A DNA stretch of 64,000 nt from Callorhinchus milii (Eukaryota): assembly GCF_018977255.1 (NCBI RefSeq), contig NW_024704743.1, positions 80,354,001 through 80,418,000 on the forward strand, given 5' to 3'. Below the pieces are notes generated by a model, which worked only from the letters and a program-made list of their open reading frames with translations, searched no databases and was not told the origin of the DNA. The position numbers and the translations under genes are program-made. Below, in pieces: positions 1 through 14,305 of the stretch (the first letter of the stretch is position 1; every line of letters begins with the position of its first letter).

Positions 1-50
1 TTAACAATGTAATACTCCTCCACATTCACGTTGATATACAGGAAAGTGTA

Positions 51-186
51 ATCATAGAATCATAGAATATACAGCACAGAAGGATGCCATTCCGCGATCG
101 TGTCCGTGCCAGCTATTTGAAAGAGCTATCCAAATTAATCCCACTCCCCCGCTCTCTCCCCATAGCCCTACAAATTTGTCCTCCCT
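51..186 (-). mobile_element. CR1 LINE 3' end fragment
   Basis: (CATAGAAT)2 is the reverse complement of the CR1 (ATTCTATG)n tail; the following sequence closely matches the CR1 3' end at 9170-9305. Confidence 0.85.
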
Positions 187-200
187 TTGTATTGTAATAA

Positions 201-554
201 CTATCTCTGCGACCTCCTAAGCCCTACCAACCTGCCCGTTCCCTCCGCTCAGCAGGCTCTGACCTGCTCCACGTCCCCCGACCCATCCACCCCACCGTTG
301 GCGGGAGAGCCTTCATCCACTCTGCCCCCAACCTCTGGAATTCCATCCTCCAATCATTCTGCCTCGCCCCCTCCTTAGCCTCCTTCAAGTCTCACCTCAA
401 GACCCTCCTCTTCGACCATGCCATCGGCCATCCCCCTTCCTCTCCCTTAGCCCCCCAACCCCAGCTCGGGTCTGAAATGCTGTACTCTGTCCAGTGCCTT
501 GGGACGTCCTCCCAACGTCAAAGGTGCTATAGAAATGTAATCTTGTTGTTGTTG
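201..554 (+). mobile_element. L2 LINE 3' fragment
   Basis: C-rich end of ORF2 (TCCTTCAAGTCTCACCTCAAGACC, a FKSHLKT-like motif), then the tail GGGACGTCC...AAGGTGCTATAGAAATGTAA(TTG)n. Confidence 0.85.
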
Positions 555-1994
555 TAATGTCTGCATATTTTGTATGTGTTGAGGAGTGAGCGTACACTTT
601 ACTATACCAGTGCACCTCAGGCATTTCACTCCCCATATTCCCTAGATTGTGGACTCAGTGCCAAAAAATGAGGAAATTGATTGCAAGTCTTGTTGAGAAC
701 CAGTTTGCCCTGTGATCTTGTAGCTGCTAAAAACTGGGAGTGAGACAAGACACAGAGGGCTCTTCACAGCTGCCAGTGATAAAAACTTTTCCCATCTGTC
801 AAAGGCAGGATCCAAACCCTTGTCCCAGAGATGATATTCTAATACATCTCCTTCCGATGTGAAAGGCGCTATACAAATGTCATTTTGTTGTTGTTGTTGT
901 ACATCTGTGCCAGATTTATCACAAGAATTTCTTACCTGTGCATAATGATTCCACATGTAGAAATCTATGCTTCTGAATTTGTTTTATCCAACACTGACTG
1001 TAATGACATTTGTGAAAATAGATGTGAAAGAACGAACATTGAAACTGAATGAGCAAATTAAAGACTGAATATTTTTACTGTGTTTCTCATGGTTACAAAC
1101 CATGCATCCCATTCTTTAATTAACAAACACAACAATAACAACAAATTCTTCCATTCTAGTCAATTCCAGTTTGAGCTGGTTCAATCCAAAAGTGGATTCT
1201 GTGAGCTACAAATAACTGCAAACACAATATAATGTGCTTCACAAAGAGACTAAAGAAGTCTGTTTATATTGCCTTCACAAACCAGATTTCATAATGTGAC
1301 GGGCACTAGTGGTTTATAAGTAACAATATAATAGGTCTTAGTGGCTGAGAAATACAGCACTTGGATTTGATTAAATGCAATGAAATAGAGATTGCCAGTA
1401 GATTATGGCATTCTACTTGGTCTACGTCATTCTTGTGCAAAAACAAAATGTGCATTTCAAAATGTATACATGAAAAGCATTTATTGAAATTATCTGTCAC
1501 TTTGTATCATTTAAATCCCTTCCTTTGAATTAAATAATTCCAGAGATGAGCAAATCTTCGCAAATCTAACTTTGATTCACTTTTCCATGTGCGGTGTCTG
1601 CACAAACAAGATTTACCAATTCCCTGCCACAATGTAATCTAAATGGCTCTCAAGATCTCCAACATCCCCAGATTCTCAGAAGGCAATTGCTTGAGAAATC
1701 AATGACTGCTGACTGTTTGGGAGAGATTTTGTTTTCTACTGTTGATCTCATACATTTGGTTTCTTTTTTTTTACTGAATGGGGAGCTTTCCAATTGTTTC
1801 ACAAGTGACAAACGGACATCTTATTAATCAATGACTTACTAATTATGTGACTTACAATGACTTACTAATCAATAACTTACTCATAATCTATTTTACTAAT
1901 TTTTGTTTGGGCATTGGGGAGTTTCCCCAAATTATTTTAAATATAAGCAGTAGTTGGTAAATTGTTTGCCTTTCAATATTTTTTCCACATATAA

Positions 1995-3185
1995 AGTATT
2001 ACATTTGTAAAGTGTCTTTCATGTAGAGAAGACGTCCCAAGGCGTGAACAATCAGAGATTAGGAGCGGGGGGTGGAGGTTGGAACAGGGAGGGAGGAGGG
2101 CAGAGAAGGTGGGAAGGTGGCCGAAGGTACGGTCGAAGACGAGGGTCTTGAGGCATGCCTTGAAGGAGGCAAGGAGGGAGCGGGGCAAAAGGAATATGAG
2201 ATGGAGTTCCAGAGGGTTGGGGGCAGAGAGGCTGAGTGGATTGAGTTAGTCAGCAGATCAGAGAGGTAGGAGGGGGCAAGGCCATGGAGGGCCTTGAAAG
2301 TGAGGACGAGGATTTTGAACTCGATCCTCTGAGGGATAGGGAGTTGTTGGAGCTGGGCGAGGGTGGCTGTGATGGGGTTCACAGAGCCTGGTGTGGGAGA
2401 GGACATGAGCTGCAAAGCTGCAGGGTGTTGGCATAGAGGAGCCTGGTTGTAATGAAGGCATGTATGAGGGCTTCAGCGGCCTGAGGGATGAGGCAGTGGT
2501 GGAGTTGGCAATGTTGCAGAGGTGGGGGAAGGCAGAGCGGGTCATGGCACCTATGTGGGGGAGAAAGGACAGTTGAGGGTTGAACAAGAATGCTTAGGTT
2601 CCTGACTGGCTTGGTGAGGTGGAGTGTGCATCCTTGGATGCTGATGTTGCCAGTGCCTGGAGTGTAGAGGCGCTGGCCCGAGCCAATTAGGAGAGTCTTC
2701 CTGATATTCAACTGTAGAAAGTTGGCTTTCATCCAGGACTTGATGTCTGACAGACAGTCTGTCAAGACATCAGTGGTTCTGGAATCAAAGGTGGAGGCAG
2801 AGAAAGAGAGTTGAGTGTCAACCACGTACATTTGGAAGTTGTCTGTAGATGATGTCACCAAGAGGGAGCATGTACAGGTTGAAGAAGAGGGGACTAAAGA
2901 CAGAGCCCTGAGGAACACCGCAAAAGATGGTGCAGGCTCTGGAGGAGAAGCCATTGTGGAGACAGAGTGGAACCGGTGTAAGAGATAGGATCTGAACCAT
3001 TCAAGGACAGAACCTTGATGGTTGAGGTGGGAGGAGAGGCGGTGGAGGAGGATCGAATGGTCCACAGTGTCAAAGACAGCAGAGAGGTCGGGGAGGATGA
3101 GGAGACAGGGGGAGTGCCGGTCACAGATGGACAGAATGTCATTTGTCACCTTGACCAGGGCTGTTTCTGTGCTATGGGAAGCACA
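1995..3185 (-). mobile_element. L2 LINE ORF2 (RT) fragment, frameshifted
   Basis: ORF track shows HSTETALVKVTND, DLSAVFDTVDH, GVPQGSV, WMKANFLQLN and RIEFKILVLTFKALHGLAPSYL spread over different frames. Confidence 0.95.
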
Positions 3186-5244
3186 GAACCTAAATGAGAC
3201 TTCAATGTCAAACATTACTTCCATAAAATTATAACATTGAACAGGTCATTTGGCCCAACTAGTTTATACTCTGTACATTTCTCCACCCTTCTAATCCCCA
3301 CTCTTATACCCCTCCATTAATTTTTAGTTATCATTCATCAACATTTATGTAATTTCACAAAAATCAAATAGGTAATTGTCACTGATATATTCACAAAATA
3401 ATATTAATCCTTGTAAGGGAGTTTGCCCTCAATAATAATAACTTGGATTTATACAGCACTTATTGTAAAAAATAAACAGAAACTAAAATTGATTAAAACT
3501 GAACATGATATAGGCAAACACGGCAGCTGATCTGCATCAGCAACATCCCAGAAACAGCAAGGAAATGATTAATGTAGATGTGGGGGAAATTTGGAGTTGG
3601 AATATAACAACAACAAATTTACATTTATATGGCACCTTTTACATTGGGACAACATCCCATATAAATTTGATAAGTCCGTTTCTTTTAAAGATTCCGAGTT
3701 TCTTTTAAATATGAACAACAAAATCCCTTTATATTGCCTGAACCACAGGGTTGATGGAATCTACATCTAACACACAAAGAATGGCATGATCATCTATAAG
3801 TAAATTTTAAAAACTTGTATACAAGATGGAATGTTGTAATGTAGACAAACATGGCAGCCAATCTGCTCAAGCAATGTCCTATGAGCAATGAATGAGAATA
3901 ATATTGAAGACAGAAAAAGAAGAGAACAAGGGGAAGAATAGAAAAGAAAAGTACGGTAAGGTACGGTATGTCAACACTTTTTCAGGCTCCAATTGTCAGG
4001 CACCAATTGTCACCATCAAGCGCTCTCAGGTCAGGTATAGAATAGGCAGACACAGAGGAGAAACTCCCAAAAGTAATGTCCTTGGTTTATCCTCAGAAAA
4101 GTACCACCTGCTGAATTAACATGACATTTTTATTTTTCACATCAACCATCTTTATCTCCTCACTGAATAAGGCAATTGATGCGATAGTTTTACACTGCAG
4201 GCCCAAAGACTTGTCACATAGCACAAGTAGACATTCAATTAGTGTGGGATGAGTGTGAACTCAATATCCAGAGGTTCAATTTTAGTACACTAAATCCACT
4301 TTTTAGCATGTAATTTCATATTGGTGGGTGGGCTGCTCATTCAGGTAGTATATTTAAGATACGTTCACCTTTCATGTAATAATGCCACCTCTGCATTCAT
4401 AGTGATGTGAAAATTCTATTCCTGGTGTATTCATTTATAAAGCATCCATGCATGCAGTTTGGGAACCATGGGCATATTTTGTACATGTATTCAGTGTTGG
4501 AGTTGATGCAGATACTAACAACCAATCTTTAAAATAATGTTTAAAGATATTCAATGATGAAAGTGAAGATCAGAACCATCAGATGACTATTGAAACTGTA
4601 ATTTAATTGCTAAGAAATTAGAGAATTGAACCATGGAGCTTTGAGTGGCACTAAATGCCAATAAAGCTACTCAGAGTAATATTGCATTAGGTTGTAAAAG
4701 CAAATGCCCAACATCATAACAATATAAATGGTTGATAAATGTCTCAATTTATGAAGCTGACCTCAATAAAGCATCCTGGATGTTGAATACTTTATAACTG
4801 ACCAGCACCACATACAAGTCTACTTTTCTCCACTGTTGCACACAAGTTTCAAATGGGCATGTAATTCTAGGATTCCCACCACCTTCTTCAGTCACCCATA
4901 GCAAGTTTCAATTGTCCACAAACATTATTTATACAGAATAACTTTCCTTCTCTATAGAAGTAGAAATTTTCCCCAACTCCTTCCCTTTCCAGCAGACAAG
5001 AGAGCCAGGCAAAATCTGCTGTCTACCTCAACTTGGTCAAGTCAGGTGCTTTCCCACCTGCTACAAGTCCCTTCACCTCCTACACGTTATCCTAGGGAAA
5101 CAATTGACTCTTAAAGTTCATGGTCTATACATGGTCACATTCATCATATGTCAATTCTAACTTGATGATTCAAGGCATATCTGCTTCATCTTATTGTAGA
5201 AGGCATACCTTATGCAAACCACTGGCCAGAACATATTTAAGGTG

Positions 5245-5345
5245 TCAGTCTGGCTCAATTGGTGCCATTCTCACCTCTGAGTCAGAAGGTTGTGGGTTCA
5301 AACCAGTGCAGTGCTGCATTGTTGGAAGAATGGACATTGTTGGAG
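5245..5345 (+). mobile_element. DeuSINE (SacSINE1-like) 5' fragment
   Basis: Head CTGGCTCAATTGG...CCTCTGAGTCAGAAGGTTGTGGGTTCAA, followed by GTGCTGCATTGTTGGA. Confidence 0.6.
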
Positions 5346-7544
5346 GGGATGAACATGTAGCTAGTGGAAACTCTAGCTAGCTTGGTCAAAACACCACTGA
5401 CTAACTCTTAAAAGTTTGGATAATATGCCACTATTCCCTGGAACTCTCTTTCAAAACCACTTTGTCTTACCAGCACTGTCCCTGTCTTCAAACACCTCCT
5501 AAAGAAATATATTTATTCATTATGCATCAATGATGTAGCCCATGCACCTAGTCAGTTTTCCATGCAGTTTTCCTTGCTCAACATCAAATACTGCCATTGT
5601 GCAATGCTTCGAGACACTATCCTGTGTAAAGGGTGCTTTATAAATGCAAGTTGTTGTTCCCTCAAAGTGCCTTTGGTTCCCTTCTGAACATGATGTAGTG
5701 GGGATACAACCCTCCTGTTCACAAAATGACTAACACAGACTTGAGTTGTATCATGAAGTGTCAGGAAATTCAACAGACTCTTCGTGCACCAAATTAAAAG
5801 GTTCAGCACAGGGTGATTAAGAAGAACACAATGAAAAACTTGACAGTCAAGATCAAACTGAATCCATATAATATTAATAATAATAATCCATGCATTTGAT
5901 CTAGCACCTTATCATGTCATTGAGACATCTCAAAGCACCAAATATAATTTTAAAAATAATTTACAAATATTTTTAAAATATTTTAAAAATATTTTTTAAA
6001 TAATTGTAAATTATTTTTCAAAAATTTGTAAATTATTTTCTAAAATAAAAAATCCCAAGACAGCTAATCTCGTGTAGTCTCGTGTAGTCTTGTGCAGCGT
6101 TGTGCAGTGTGCTAACCAACAGCAGTGTCAAATGAAAGTCCCAGATTCTACTCATCTCTGTGGCACCAATACCGCCATTTGGAACCCCAGCACATACAAT
6201 ACCATGCAATGATACAATCTGTATCCTCACATTTTGTTTTTGTAAATCAATAAAAAAAACAGCCGTGCTATGAAGTCTGAAGGTGCCCCTTAATTTATTG
6301 AAGCAGTTTAGTTTTTTTTAAAGAAAACTATAACGGTGCATATTGTGTCAGAATGTATCATCAAATGATAAACAGATGGTGTTTTAATCAGTTCCCTTGC
6401 CTTGCATTTTCTCCTGTGACCATGAATTAGTATTTGCTTTATGGATGTTGATGAACAGTTCATTAAAAGTCTAATATTTCTGTTCAGCTTAAAAACACAT
6501 CAAAGAGGCACAGAAATATTGGGAGTTCTCTGTGGAGTCGAACGTGCGCAGGTGGAGAAAGTCATGGGATAATCATGAAGTTGGGGATGGGATAAAATTA
6601 GGAAACCAATCGGCAAACATGTTTTGGACAGCTTCTTGAGGAGGTCTTAAATAATGCATTTGTAACTCTTACAAAACTGTAGCAACCCAAAGCTCATAAT
6701 CAACAATATTAAATATTACTTGGCAAGGCGTTTTGACTCTATTGGTGAGCAAACACAGGCATCTCAGTACATTTTACCTCATTGTTGTACAAACAGGAGC
6801 CAATAAATCCCAGCTTCACTGTTGGTCAGAATACGTTTGCAGGTTTGGAATAGCAACTAGTAGTTTCTACACCAAGAGCATGTACTAAACAAATCAAATC
6901 ACTAAGGAATCAACCCTATGACTAACAATCATGTTTAAAAATTGTTAGATTTGTTTTTCAAAGAATGCTGCTAAGGCAGACATCAATCCAATGACTGAAA
7001 GCTACATTTATTTTTTTTAAATTGGTGTCTGTTTCATTGGAAGATGATTCCTTTTGATATATGTATATATATAAGTAATCAAATGCACTCTGAGCAACTT
7101 GTGAAATCTGTGACAGACGTGTCCCTTTTCAACAAAGAAGCCATGCAATATGTAGAAACTATTATTACAGATAATAATATTATTACAGATGCACTGTACT
7201 GTATAGCAATGTGCCTTACAATGTCATTCTATGCCACTACAATTGCTTACAAAATACCAACCTAAAAGATGATTAGAACATGAATAAGCACCAAATACAA
7301 TAATGGGGTTTACAAGACGGTGATTTCTAAATGGGTTCCTTGATAAAGAACACTGTGTTGGAAATGGGGGTGGTAAATGGGAATGCATCCTGCCATCCTG
7401 CAGGAATTCTGCTCCAAACTAGGGCACTTTCAGAATGAAGTTCCCACAAGTAAGAGTAATATACATTAGACATAACTCCCTGCTGGAGACGCAACACATC
7501 CACTGTAGATTCTAATGTAGAGAGACATTACCATACGTATGTGG

Positions 7545-8372
7545 AATACAATACAATACAAAATTACATTTGTGTAATGCCTTTCATGTTGGGAGGTTGT
7601 CCCAATTAGGGACAGTCAGGGATTTGGACCTAAGCTGGGGATCGGGATCAGGGAGGGCAGAGGGTAGGGGTGGTATAGGGGGGGCCTAAAACTCGGTCGA
7701 AGAGGAGTGTTTTGAGTCGCGCCATGAAGGAGGCAAGGGAAGAAGCGAGTTGAAGAGAATGTGGGTTGGAGTTCCATAGGATGGGGGCGGAAAGGCTGAA
7801 GGCCTGGCTGCCGATGGTGGAGCGGGCCGGGCAGGGGACCTGGAGCAAGCCAGAGACTGCTGAGTGGAGGGAGTGTACAGGTTGATATGGGGTCAGCAGG
7901 CCGCAGAGGTCGGGAGGGGCAAGGCCATGGAGGGCCTTGAAGGTGAGGACGAGGATTTTGAACTCTATCCTCTGGGAGATGCGGAGCCAGTGGAGCCGGG
8001 TGAGGGTGGGGTGACGGGGTCACAGAGCCTGGAGCGGGAGAGGACACGAGCTGCAGAGTTCTGGATGACCTGCAGCTTGTGGAGGGAAGAGTTGGGGAGA
8101 CCGACAAGCAGGGAGTTGTCGTAGTTGAGCTTAGTTGATGACTGGGTGGATGAGGGTGTCGGCGGCCTAAGCGGTGGGGCAGTGGTGGCACCGGCGATGT
8201 TGCGGAGTTTGGGGAAGGCAGAGTGGGTCATGGCATGGATGTGGGGTAGAAAGGATAGTTGAGGGTCAAACAAGACCCCAAGGTTCTGGACTGGCTTAGT
8301 AAGGTGGAGTGTACATCCTTGGATGGTGATGCTGTCAGTGCCTGAGGTGTGGAAGCACTATCGGGAGCCAAT
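7545..8372 (-). mobile_element. L2 LINE 3' fragment
   Basis: ORFs FDPQLSFLPHI, LQVIQNSAARVL and LKTLLFDR; (AATAC)n tail on the plus strand. Confidence 0.92.
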
Positions 8373-9169
8373 CACAAGAGCCTTGCATTTGATATAGTGC
8401 CTTATCATGTCGTTGATTCATCTCAAAGTGCTTCACCGATTTTACTGTGAAGCGTAGTTTGATTTGGAGACTCTTAAGCAGGGTGAGGAGTTTCCAGTTA
8501 ATCAAAGCAAAACAAATTGTCATATGTAGGTCCATTCAAGCATTATATGTATAAGAAGGGTCGAATATCTGAATTAAAAACTGACTTGGTACCTTTTTTA
8601 CATTCTGTATCTCTTCACTGAAGTCCACCATGAACAACAATGAAATTCATTGTTTTCATAAGTCATGGATTTAGTCAAGGATGTAATTTCTTTGATGCAA
8701 ATTCTGAGAAACAGAATAGCAACATATGTTTTCTGAGTGCATTTTAATTGATAACAGCTTTATACCAGTTAAAGATAGGTTTTCAGCCCAAACTGTTTCT
8801 GTAGCATGAGGCTCTCATTGCTGCCTTCCTCCTTGACTGGTCTTTTATTCAATAGAATTATTGGCTTCTCAATAGGTTGGTTTGCCAAAGCAATGCTGAA
8901 GATGGCCCTTTAATTTATTTTAATCTGTGACCTCAATTACTGTTGCTGTGCACCAAAGGTTAAATGTCACAAAAGTATGATGTTTAAGGTCCTTTACTTT
9001 TCTCATTCTCCACATGATCCCTCTTCAAAGCTATTATAGTAAAACTATTATAGCTCTACATTGTAGCTATTATAGTAAAACAGGTTGTCTGTTTATGTAG
9101 GAATGGAAATAATAATAACACTAAGCTTGCACTTGATATAGCACCTTTTACATAAGGAGGATGTCTCGC

Positions 9170-9690
9170 ATAGAATCATAGAATTATACAGCACAGAAGG
9201 AGGCCATTCAGCCCATTGTGCCTGTGCCGGCTCTATAAAAAGAGCTATCCAATTTAATCCCACTCCCCCGCTCTCTCCCCATAAACCTGCAAACTTGTCC
9301 TCCCCAAATAATTATCTACTTCTCTCTTAAAGGTTGTTATCGAATCAGCTTCCATCACCCTTTCAGGCAATGCATTCTAGCAACTATTTTAAATCGGTGT
9401 CCTCGAGTTACCGACCCACCCGCCAGTGGAAATAGTTTCTCCTTGTTCACCCTATCGAATCCCCTCAGAATTTTGAAAACTTCTATTAAGTCTTAACCTT
9501 CTCTACTCCAAGGAGAATAATCCTAGCTTCTCTAGCCTCTCCTGATAACTGAAGTCTCTCATTCCTGGTACCATCCTGGTAAATCTCGTTTGCACCCTCT
9601 CCAATGCCTTGACATCCTTCCTAAAGTGTGGTGCCCAGAACTGAATACAGTACTCTAGTTGAGGCCTAACCAGTGTTTTATAAAGGTTCA
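9170..9690 (-). mobile_element. CR1 LINE 3' fragment
   Basis: [71 protein letters not shown] tail repeats. Confidence 0.95.
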
Positions 9691-12600
9691 AATTCTGAGC
9701 ATTTTATGTTCTACTGTAAAATGTAATGACTGTGTACATTAGGCAAATATGGCAGCCAATTTGCTTACAGTAATATCCCACAAATGCCATTAAGTTTTAC
9801 CAGTTTTACCTGATATTTGAATGATATCATTGTAAATAAACTTTGCAATGCTTATTAAAATGAAACCTGGCAAATACAGCTATATTTTGCCTTTCTGTTG
9901 TTAGTGTCCAAATGGAGGCTGAGGCCCTAGAACCATATCAGTAATCGTAGCACACATTCAAACTGTAGGAAAACGGCACCATCCTTCAGTTTGAGTCAGA
10001 AGCAGAGCAAAGTGCTGTGAATTTGTCGAAGAACACTGAACAAGCTTACTAAAATATTCATAGCCTCTTTTAACAAATTCCAGGTCTGCATATTTTAATT
10101 CTTTTTTGAAGCTCAAATTGCCTTTCAGAAGGATATAGCAGGAGTCAATTCATTTAGCCCAAACTGGAATTTTTAGGCCATGGCACATCTTTTAATTCCA
10201 TTTCTAGTTTTTTTCCCCAATAACCCTTAAGTCCCAGTTATCATTCTCTTTCCCTTTCAAACAACCAATCAATTCTGAATTTGCCACCTTCTGGCACAGT
10301 GCATGCCATGTTTTCACAATCGTCTGTGAAGAAATGTTTTTATATTTCATTTTAATCTTCTTAGCTCGACATTTAAGATTATATCAACAACAAATTGCAT
10401 TTATTTAGCACTTTAGGACAGCCTCTCAGAGAGCTTCAGTGGCAGGGCTGGACACTGAGCTCAGAAGAAGGGCAAGGGGATTAAAGGTGTGGTTGAAGAG
10501 ATCAGTTTTAAGGTGCGATTTAAAGATGGGGGGTGGCGAGGTGGAGGGCTAGAAGCAGAGCGATCTAGAGGTTGGGGTGTAAAGATTGCAGGCTCAGCCA
10601 CTGATAGTCCGTTTGTTCTGGATCCCTCTCCCATTGTGAACATAATATGATATGTTAGACCCCAGTGTCAATTTTGTGTGAACGTTTTACTTGGTTACTC
10701 AATAACCTGGGAGCAATGACCTCTTTGTCTCTCCATTCTACTGGGCTGTAAATGGAGACCAAAAAGAACTGCAGTAGCAGATCTCTTAAGGTCACAGGTG
10801 AGAGGTAGAATCCAAATATCCTCCAGATGATATTATTAGTAATCACTTAGGAAAACACCATTCAGCCTGTCATTCCCACTCCGCCTACCAAAATCTAATC
10901 TTGTGAGCAACAGTTCACTGGAAGATGGCTACTTTAGCAGTCCTAGACCCAGCAATATCTGGCTGTAAAGGTGACTGAAAGGAACACTGTTCCCTGTGGG
11001 GCGGTAAGTGATGCTATAATCATTCATTTCTTTGTTCCTGAAGTAATTATGGGCCAATGGATTATTGAAGTCAAATTAAATTGCTTCTCCATTGCATTGG
11101 CTGACATGGTATAATTAATCATTTAACTTATACTCGGAATGCTTGGTAATTGTCAAAAAATTGGGTTTAATGTGTTCCGTATTTAGTCATTGTCGTGACT
11201 CCTGTGGGAGGGGAGGGTGGAGAAAGTGGGAGGTAAGCATGGCTTCCTTGGAGATGAATTGGATCCAAGGTGACCTGCTTGGGGACGGAATGACAGAATT
11301 CAGCCAATCCTCTGTGGCAGTTTCAGTAATTGAGTTCCAGAGACAGGAGGGTCTGCAGTACTCCAGCGTATTGCTGATGACAGCCCAGCCAGCCTGCCTC
11401 ATCAGGTTTTAGGGTGTTAGGGATTCTTCTCAATCAGAGGGCTAGAGGAATGACTGAAGGCTCGGCCTCTAATGGTCCCCTTGTTTAATCAGCTCCTGGA
11501 AGCAAAGCAACATGGACTACACAGACTGTAATATTAAGTGAAGATGAGGGGAGGAGCAGGGTTGGAAGCAAATTTGGAGGGCAGGAAGTGCATGATGTTT
11601 TAAACATCAAACAATAAACATGCAAAATAGTGGCTTTCAGAGAGTGATTTACAGCATGAACAAAGCATAGATGAAAATAATGGTGTTACTAAATACATTT
11701 TAGAATGTTACTTGTAAAAAAGGACTGATTTTGCAAGTGGGAGAAATTACAGGACTAAAAATAATCCAACATTCTGTTCCTATTAACATGTGATATCAGT
11801 GCCACTTTAGACTAAACGGCAAGAGAGAAATGTTCCATCAAGGTCACACAGGCTTAACATGTGAAGAGATATTTCTTGTCTTAAATCCTTATCAGTTTAT
11901 TTTGTAAATAAAGCTTTTACTGCCTGTTTCTCACATTCCTTCTATCATCACTTAGCAATGAACTCCATCAGTCATATAGGGGTGAAATATGCAATGTTTC
12001 GTAACAGATGCCACCGGTAATGCAATCTGTTAGGATTCCTGCTATTTTCCATTTATTCCTAAACACTGGTCACAGGTGTGAACCCCTCCCACAAACCCCC
12101 ACCTATCAGCACATAGTGGTGCTCAAAGCCATTTCAAGGTCATCAATCACAATCTGTGTACGATAGTTACCTTTAGCATAAACATAATTTTGATGCTTGT
12201 AATCTCTAACAATATGAGTGCAGTCCCTTTAAGACTGTAAAATTTAGGGAGAAATTCCACCTACATCTAGAATTACTCTATTTTTCTTAGCATTTCAGAG
12301 TATCCAGACTTTGGCAAGTTGTTGAATTGAGTCTTAAATTTGATGCTTTTTTTTTGTGGTTCTTAAAAGGTTTGAGGCAATCAAATGCTTTTAACTTTTA
12401 AGGGACTGTTATTGAGCACAGACTGGGTTCATTCAAACCACCTGCAGCTATCTCCTCAAGAGGGTCTCAAGAGCTTCAGTGTGAATCATTGGCAAATCGT
12501 GCGTGTGAAACACAATATATATTGGGTTTTCTACAGCTAATTCCTTGGGACTTCAGTGGTGAATTGACTTGAAAAGCACAGTAGAAACAGGCCTGATTTG

Positions 12601-13084
12601 TAAGTGATGATCGAAGTCTTATGACTTAGTTCAACTCAATCCTACTCAAAGCTTCTCCAACAACAACAACAAGAAATTACATTGTATTGTGTCTTTCACA
12701 TCGGGAGGACGTCCCAAGGTGCAGGATAGTGAGGGATTTCTCCAGCTCATGATATGCTATACTAATAATAATAATCCTTGCATTTAATATAGCGCCTTAT
12801 CACATGTTCAAGACATCGCAAAGCACTCAAAGGAACTCTAGTTCCCATTCGGCGAGCCACTGAAGGAAGGGACTTAAAATGAAACCACGGATTCAGTTGA
12901 GGATTTGGTAAAGGGTTGGAATCATTTGTTTACAAGATGGGATACAGAATAAACAATTTAGAGACAAATATGGAGCAGGTTGTGGGACATTAGTTTAATG
13001 AGATCATCATATGGCATGCTTCTGACTGCCAGCTAACACATTGTAAAATGCAGTGCAATTTGGTGCCACATGCCATTTTATTCA

Positions 13085-13402
13085 GCATCACTTTGTCTCC
13101 AATTTACAATTTGCACGCCAAGTCGCACACAGCAATGTCCCATAAACAGCCATGGAGTAAATGGCAATTTTTTATTTGTGGGATTGTTGTCTGCGATACC
13201 AGGAGAAGCTCTCTTCTCTTTTCAAATAGTGCCATGGGATCTTTAACATCCACCTGGACAGGCAGACAGTTTAACGTCTCATCTGAAGGACAACATCTCT
13301 CACAATGATGCACATCCTAGCACTGCAATGGAGTATCAGCTGAGACTATATGATTTCCAGGTCCTGATGTGGGGCTTGAACCCATAACTTTCTGACTCAG
13401 AG
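13085..13402 (-). mobile_element. DeuSINE (SacSINE1-like)
   Basis: Reverse complement carries GATGAGACGTTAAAC...AGGTGGATGTTAAAGATCCCATGGCACTA and the head CTGAGTCAGAAAGTTATGGGTTCAAG. Confidence 0.8.
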
Positions 13403-14305
13403 ATACAATACGATACAGTACAAAAATACATTTGTAAAATGCCTTTCACATCAGGAGGACGTCCCAAGGCACTGGACAGTCAGGGATTAGGACCCGAGCG
13501 GGGAGTGGTGGGGTTGGGATCAGGGAGGGTGGAGGGCTGAGAGGGTCGGTGTGTGGCCAAAGGCACAGTTGAAGAGGGTCTTGAAGCATGCTTTGCAGGA
13601 GGCAAGGGAGGGAGCAAGGCAAAGGGAATGTGGGATGGAGTTTCAGAGGGTGTGGGCAGAGAAGCTGAATGCTCAACCGCCGATGGTGAGCGGAGCCGGG
13701 CCAGGCGGGGGACCAGAGCCTGCTGAGTGGAAGGAGCAGACAGGTTGATTAGGGTTAGCAGGTCAGAGAGGTAGGAGGGGGCAAGGCCATGGAGGGCCTT
13801 GAAGGTGAGAATGAGAATTTTGACCTCGATCCTCTGAGGATGGGGAGCAAGTGGAGCTGGGCAAGGGTGGTGGTGATGGAGTCACAGAGCCTGGTGCGGA
13901 TGAGGACACGAGCTGCAGAATTCTGGATGATCTGTAACTTTGTGGGGGGAAGAGTTGGGAAGGCCGACAAGCAGGCGATTGGCATAGTCGAGGCTGGTTG
14001 TAATGAAGGCTTGCATGAGGATTTCAGCAGCCTGAGGGGTGAGGCAGTAGCAGAGTCGGGCAATGTTGCGGATGTGGGGGAAGGCAGAGCGAGTCATGGC
14101 ATGGATGTGGGGGAGAAGGACAGTAGAGAGTCTAACAAGATGCCTAGGTTCCTGACTGGCTTGGTGAGGTGGAGTGTGCAACCTTGGATGCTGATGCTGC
14201 CAGTACCTGAGGTGCGGAGGTCCTGGAACGAAACAATCAGGAGAGCCTCAGTCTTGCTAATGTTCAACTGTAGAAAGTTGGCTCTCATCCAGGACTTGAT
14301 ATCTG
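13403..14305 (-). mobile_element. L2 LINE 3' fragment
   Basis: ORFs DIKSWMRANFLQLNISKTEALL, IRNIARL and IQNSAARVLIRT, plus an L2 tail. Confidence 0.93.

Noticed and set aside
2379..3224. 281-aa ORF, the longest in the window
   Set aside because: Frameshifted L2 reverse transcriptase remnant; the catalytic region is degenerate and the motifs are split across frames.
5941..6107. AT-rich quasi-palindrome and a 10-bp tandem repeat (four copies)
   Set aside because: Low-complexity slippage products; no spacers, so not CRISPR-like.
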